Source: Candidatus Sulfobium sp. (lineage in GTDB: Bacteria > Nitrospirota > Thermodesulfovibrionia > Thermodesulfovibrionales > UBA6898). From it: a stretch of DNA of 64,000 nucleotides. The stretch covers positions 1 through 64,000 of the forward strand of contig JARRRI010000009.1 in assembly GCA_037380845.1 (NCBI GenBank), in the 5' to 3' direction. Positions 62,025 through 64,000 of this stretch are shown here, piece after piece (within the stretch, counting starts at the first letter, position 1; every line of letters starts with the position of its first letter). A program made the translations under genes and the position numbers. The notes under the pieces are model-generated. The model searched no databases and was not told the DNA's origin. It saw only the letters and a list, made by a program, of their open reading frames with translations.

Positions 62025-62654
62025 TTAGTGTGCCGCCCCGGAGGCGCCCGAGCCGCCGAAGAACCTTATGTCTATCCAGTTAAAGAAAGCCATGAGAATA
62101 CCTACTGCAAAGAACCCCCCCGTCGGGAGTATCATGATAAGGAGAGGTTTCGTCGCAACAAAGGCATGACCCCAGAGCGATCCGAGCCCGAGCAGCTCCC
62201 TGAAGAAACTGATGATACACAGGGCGACGAGGAATCCGACCCCCTGTCCTATTCCGTCCATGAAGGAAGGCATGACATCGTTCTTGCTCGCAAAGAGCTC
62301 CGCCCTGGCCAGGATGGAGGCGAAGGCGACGATCAGCTCGATATAAAGGCCCATCTCCTTGTACACAGCCCGCGCATAGGCGGCCATCAGCATATCGACT
62401 ACCGTGACCCACCCTGAGATGATGAGCATGAAGATCGGCAGCCTTATCCTGGGATGTATAAACTTTCTCAGCGCGGAAATAGTGAGGTTAACCATTACCT
62501 GCACAAAAAGAACGGCTATCCCCATCATGAAACCGTTCTTCAGTTTATTTGTGACCGCTATGGTAGGACAAAGACTCAGGGCGAGTCTGAATATGGGGTT
62601 TTCCATCAGCACCCCGTTTCTGATAAGAGTGCCTAAGCTAGCCTGATTGCTCAT
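62025..62654 (-). CDS. rnfE: Rnf complex subunit E
   Basis: ENPIFRLALSLCPTIAVT, RELLG.G, ILPTGGF. Confidence 0.92.
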   Translation of the reverse strand: MSNQASLGTLIRNGVLMENPIFRLALSLCPTIAVTNKLKNGFMMGIAVLFVQVMVNLTISALRKFIHPRIRLPIFMLIISGWVTVVDMLMAAYARAVYKEMGLYIELIVAFASILARAELFASKNDVMPSFMDGIGQGVGFLVALCIISFFRELLGLGSLWGHAFVATKPLLIMILPTGGFFAVGILMAFFNWIDIRFFGGSGASGAAH

Positions 62655-63222
62655 TTTTCACCTCGGATGATAATTTATCCTTGATCATTTCGACGGCCTT
62701 TTTCACGCCGTCTTCCGTCACGGCCCGGCTCGATATCGTAGCACCGGATACCGCCTCGATGTCGACCTTGGTGGGCAGCTTCCTGACTACCAGATGGGCG
62801 AGAGTCTTACCCTTGAACTGCTTCTGAAAATAGGGCTGCTGGACTTCATCCCCAAGCCCCGGCGTCTCCTTCTGGTCGAGGATATTTAATTTTTCCACCG
62901 TAAAGGCGTCATTGACGGCCACGAGCATATTGATATAACTCGAGTATCCCTTTGCATAAGTCTCAATTATATAGCCGATGGTCTTGCCGTCTTTCTTAGC
63001 GGCGTAATATTCCGCTTCCTTGTCATGGGGCTCCCAGACACCCAGTTTCTCGACACTGTTGGCCTCGGGCATCATATCCTTGAGAGCGGCCTGTTTCTCT
63101 TCGTATGCCTTCCTGACCTTGACGGGCTCCGTCTTGGCGTACACCCCCGCCAGTATCAGCCCGCCGATGACGTAGATGACGACGAGGTTCAGGGTGATCT
63201 TGACGATATCCTTTGGGGTCAT
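62638..63222 (-). CDS. rnfG: Rnf complex subunit G (FMN-binding)
   Basis: KGYSS, ETPGLG, SGATISS flavinylation motif. Confidence 0.94.
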   Translation of the reverse strand: MTPKDIVKITLNLVVIYVIGGLILAGVYAKTEPVKVRKAYEEKQAALKDMMPEANSVEKLGVWEPHDKEAEYYAAKKDGKTIGYIIETYAKGYSSYINMLVAVNDAFTVEKLNILDQKETPGLGDEVQQPYFQKQFKGKTLAHLVVRKLPTKVDIEAVSGATISSRAVTEDGVKKAVEMIKDKLSSEVKNEQSG

Positions 63223-64000
63223 TTCGCCGCCTCCTTCCTCAGCCCGAACACTTTCGACTTTACACCTCTGTCCAAAAGAGGCGCAAAGCAGTTCATCAGC
63301 AGGATGGCGAACATGACACCCTCCGGGAACCCGCCCTTGAGCCTTATGAGCATGGTCAGCCCGCCGCATCCGATTCCGAAGATGATCTGTCCCTTTTTCA
63401 TGGATGGCGAAGTGACATAGTCAGTCGCCATAAACCACGCCCCCAGCATAAGACCGCCGCTCAGCAGGTGTATTATAGGGTCTCCGGTAAAGAGGCCCTC
63501 TTTCCCTCCGAAGATCCATGCCAGTATCGCGACTGTGCCCAGAAAAGAGACGGGTATGTGCCAGGTGATATATCTCTTGTAAAGCAGAAAGAGTCCCCCG
63601 ATCAGAAGTGCTATTGCCGAGGTCTCGCCGATCGAGCCGGCTACGTTTCCCGTAAGGAGATGCTGGTAGAGGCCCGCCTTGTCTCCGAAAACCTTCATCA
63701 ACTCGGTCATTCCGCTCTCTTTCAATATCCCCAGGGGTGTCGCTGTTGTCTTGGCGTCCAGCGCAAGAAAAGATGAAGTGGGATGCAGCCAGATCGTCAT
63801 CGGCCTGGGCCAGCAGATCAGGATGAAGGCTCTTCCCATCAAGGCCGGATTGAAGATGTTAAATCCGAGCCCGCCGAAAAGCTGCTTCGTTATCACTATG
63901 GCAACGAGGGAAGCTATTATGGGAATATGGACCTCGAAGGGTGAAAAAGACCAGAGCGACGCAGGCATGTTCATACCGACCAGAAGGCCGGTGAGAAAGG
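63219..64000 (-). CDS. rnfD: Rnf complex subunit D (5' part outside window)
   Basis: KQLFGGLGFNIFNPA, TTATPL, GSIGETS, FMATDYVTSP. Confidence 0.95.
   Translation of the reverse strand, partial: FLTGLLVGMNMPASLWSFSPFEVHIPIIASLVAIVITKQLFGGLGFNIFNPALMGRAFILICWPRPMTIWLHPTSSFLALDAKTTATPLGILKESGMTELMKVFGDKAGLYQHLLTGNVAGSIGETSAIALLIGGLFLLYKRYITWHIPVSFLGTVAILAWIFGGKEGLFTGDPIIHLLSGGLMLGAWFMATDYVTSPSMKKGQIIFGIGCGGLTMLIRLKGGFPEGVMFAILLMNCFAPLLDRGVKSKVFGLRKEAAK

Overview
Chromosomal window (GC-rich backbone with AT-richer patches) from an anaerobic Gram-negative bacterium. Gene content (futalosine menaquinone genes, DUF507 pair after rpsR, Res/Ccs cytochrome c maturation, Rnf) suggests Nitrospirota/Thermodesulfovibrionia or a related deltaproteobacteria-like lineage; this is inference. 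1-3775 is a collapsed transposable-phage-like prophage remnant: early regulators joined directly to tail genes. Housekeeping blocks follow: yqeY/HNH/diguanylate cyclase/rpsR-ssb-rpsF, mqnE-mqnC-trxB, pfk, pgk, pyrR-pyrB-pyrC-carA-carB, TPR+ExeA, radA, a TPP-riboswitch thi operon, larB, gpsA, glnS, gltX, tilS, rodZ-like, fabF, resBC and rnfDGEAB. An accessory patch at 11.4-17.6 kb holds tRNA-Leu, a decayed integrative element bounded by a duplicated 5' half of that tRNA, a c-di-GMP-I riboswitch and a candidate ncRNA. Main observations: (i) a cerR-spt-bcerS-like ceramide gene triad whose third gene is a frameshifted pseudogene missed by the ORF track; (ii) in-frame 7-nt-periodic insertions in conserved enzymes; (iii) an adenylate-kinase-like gene and a membrane gene inside the TPP-regulated operon; (iv) at least seven clean internal deletions or chimeric joins, some in essential genes, most simply explained as assembly errors. 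All family assignments come from motif recognition; no database searches were run.
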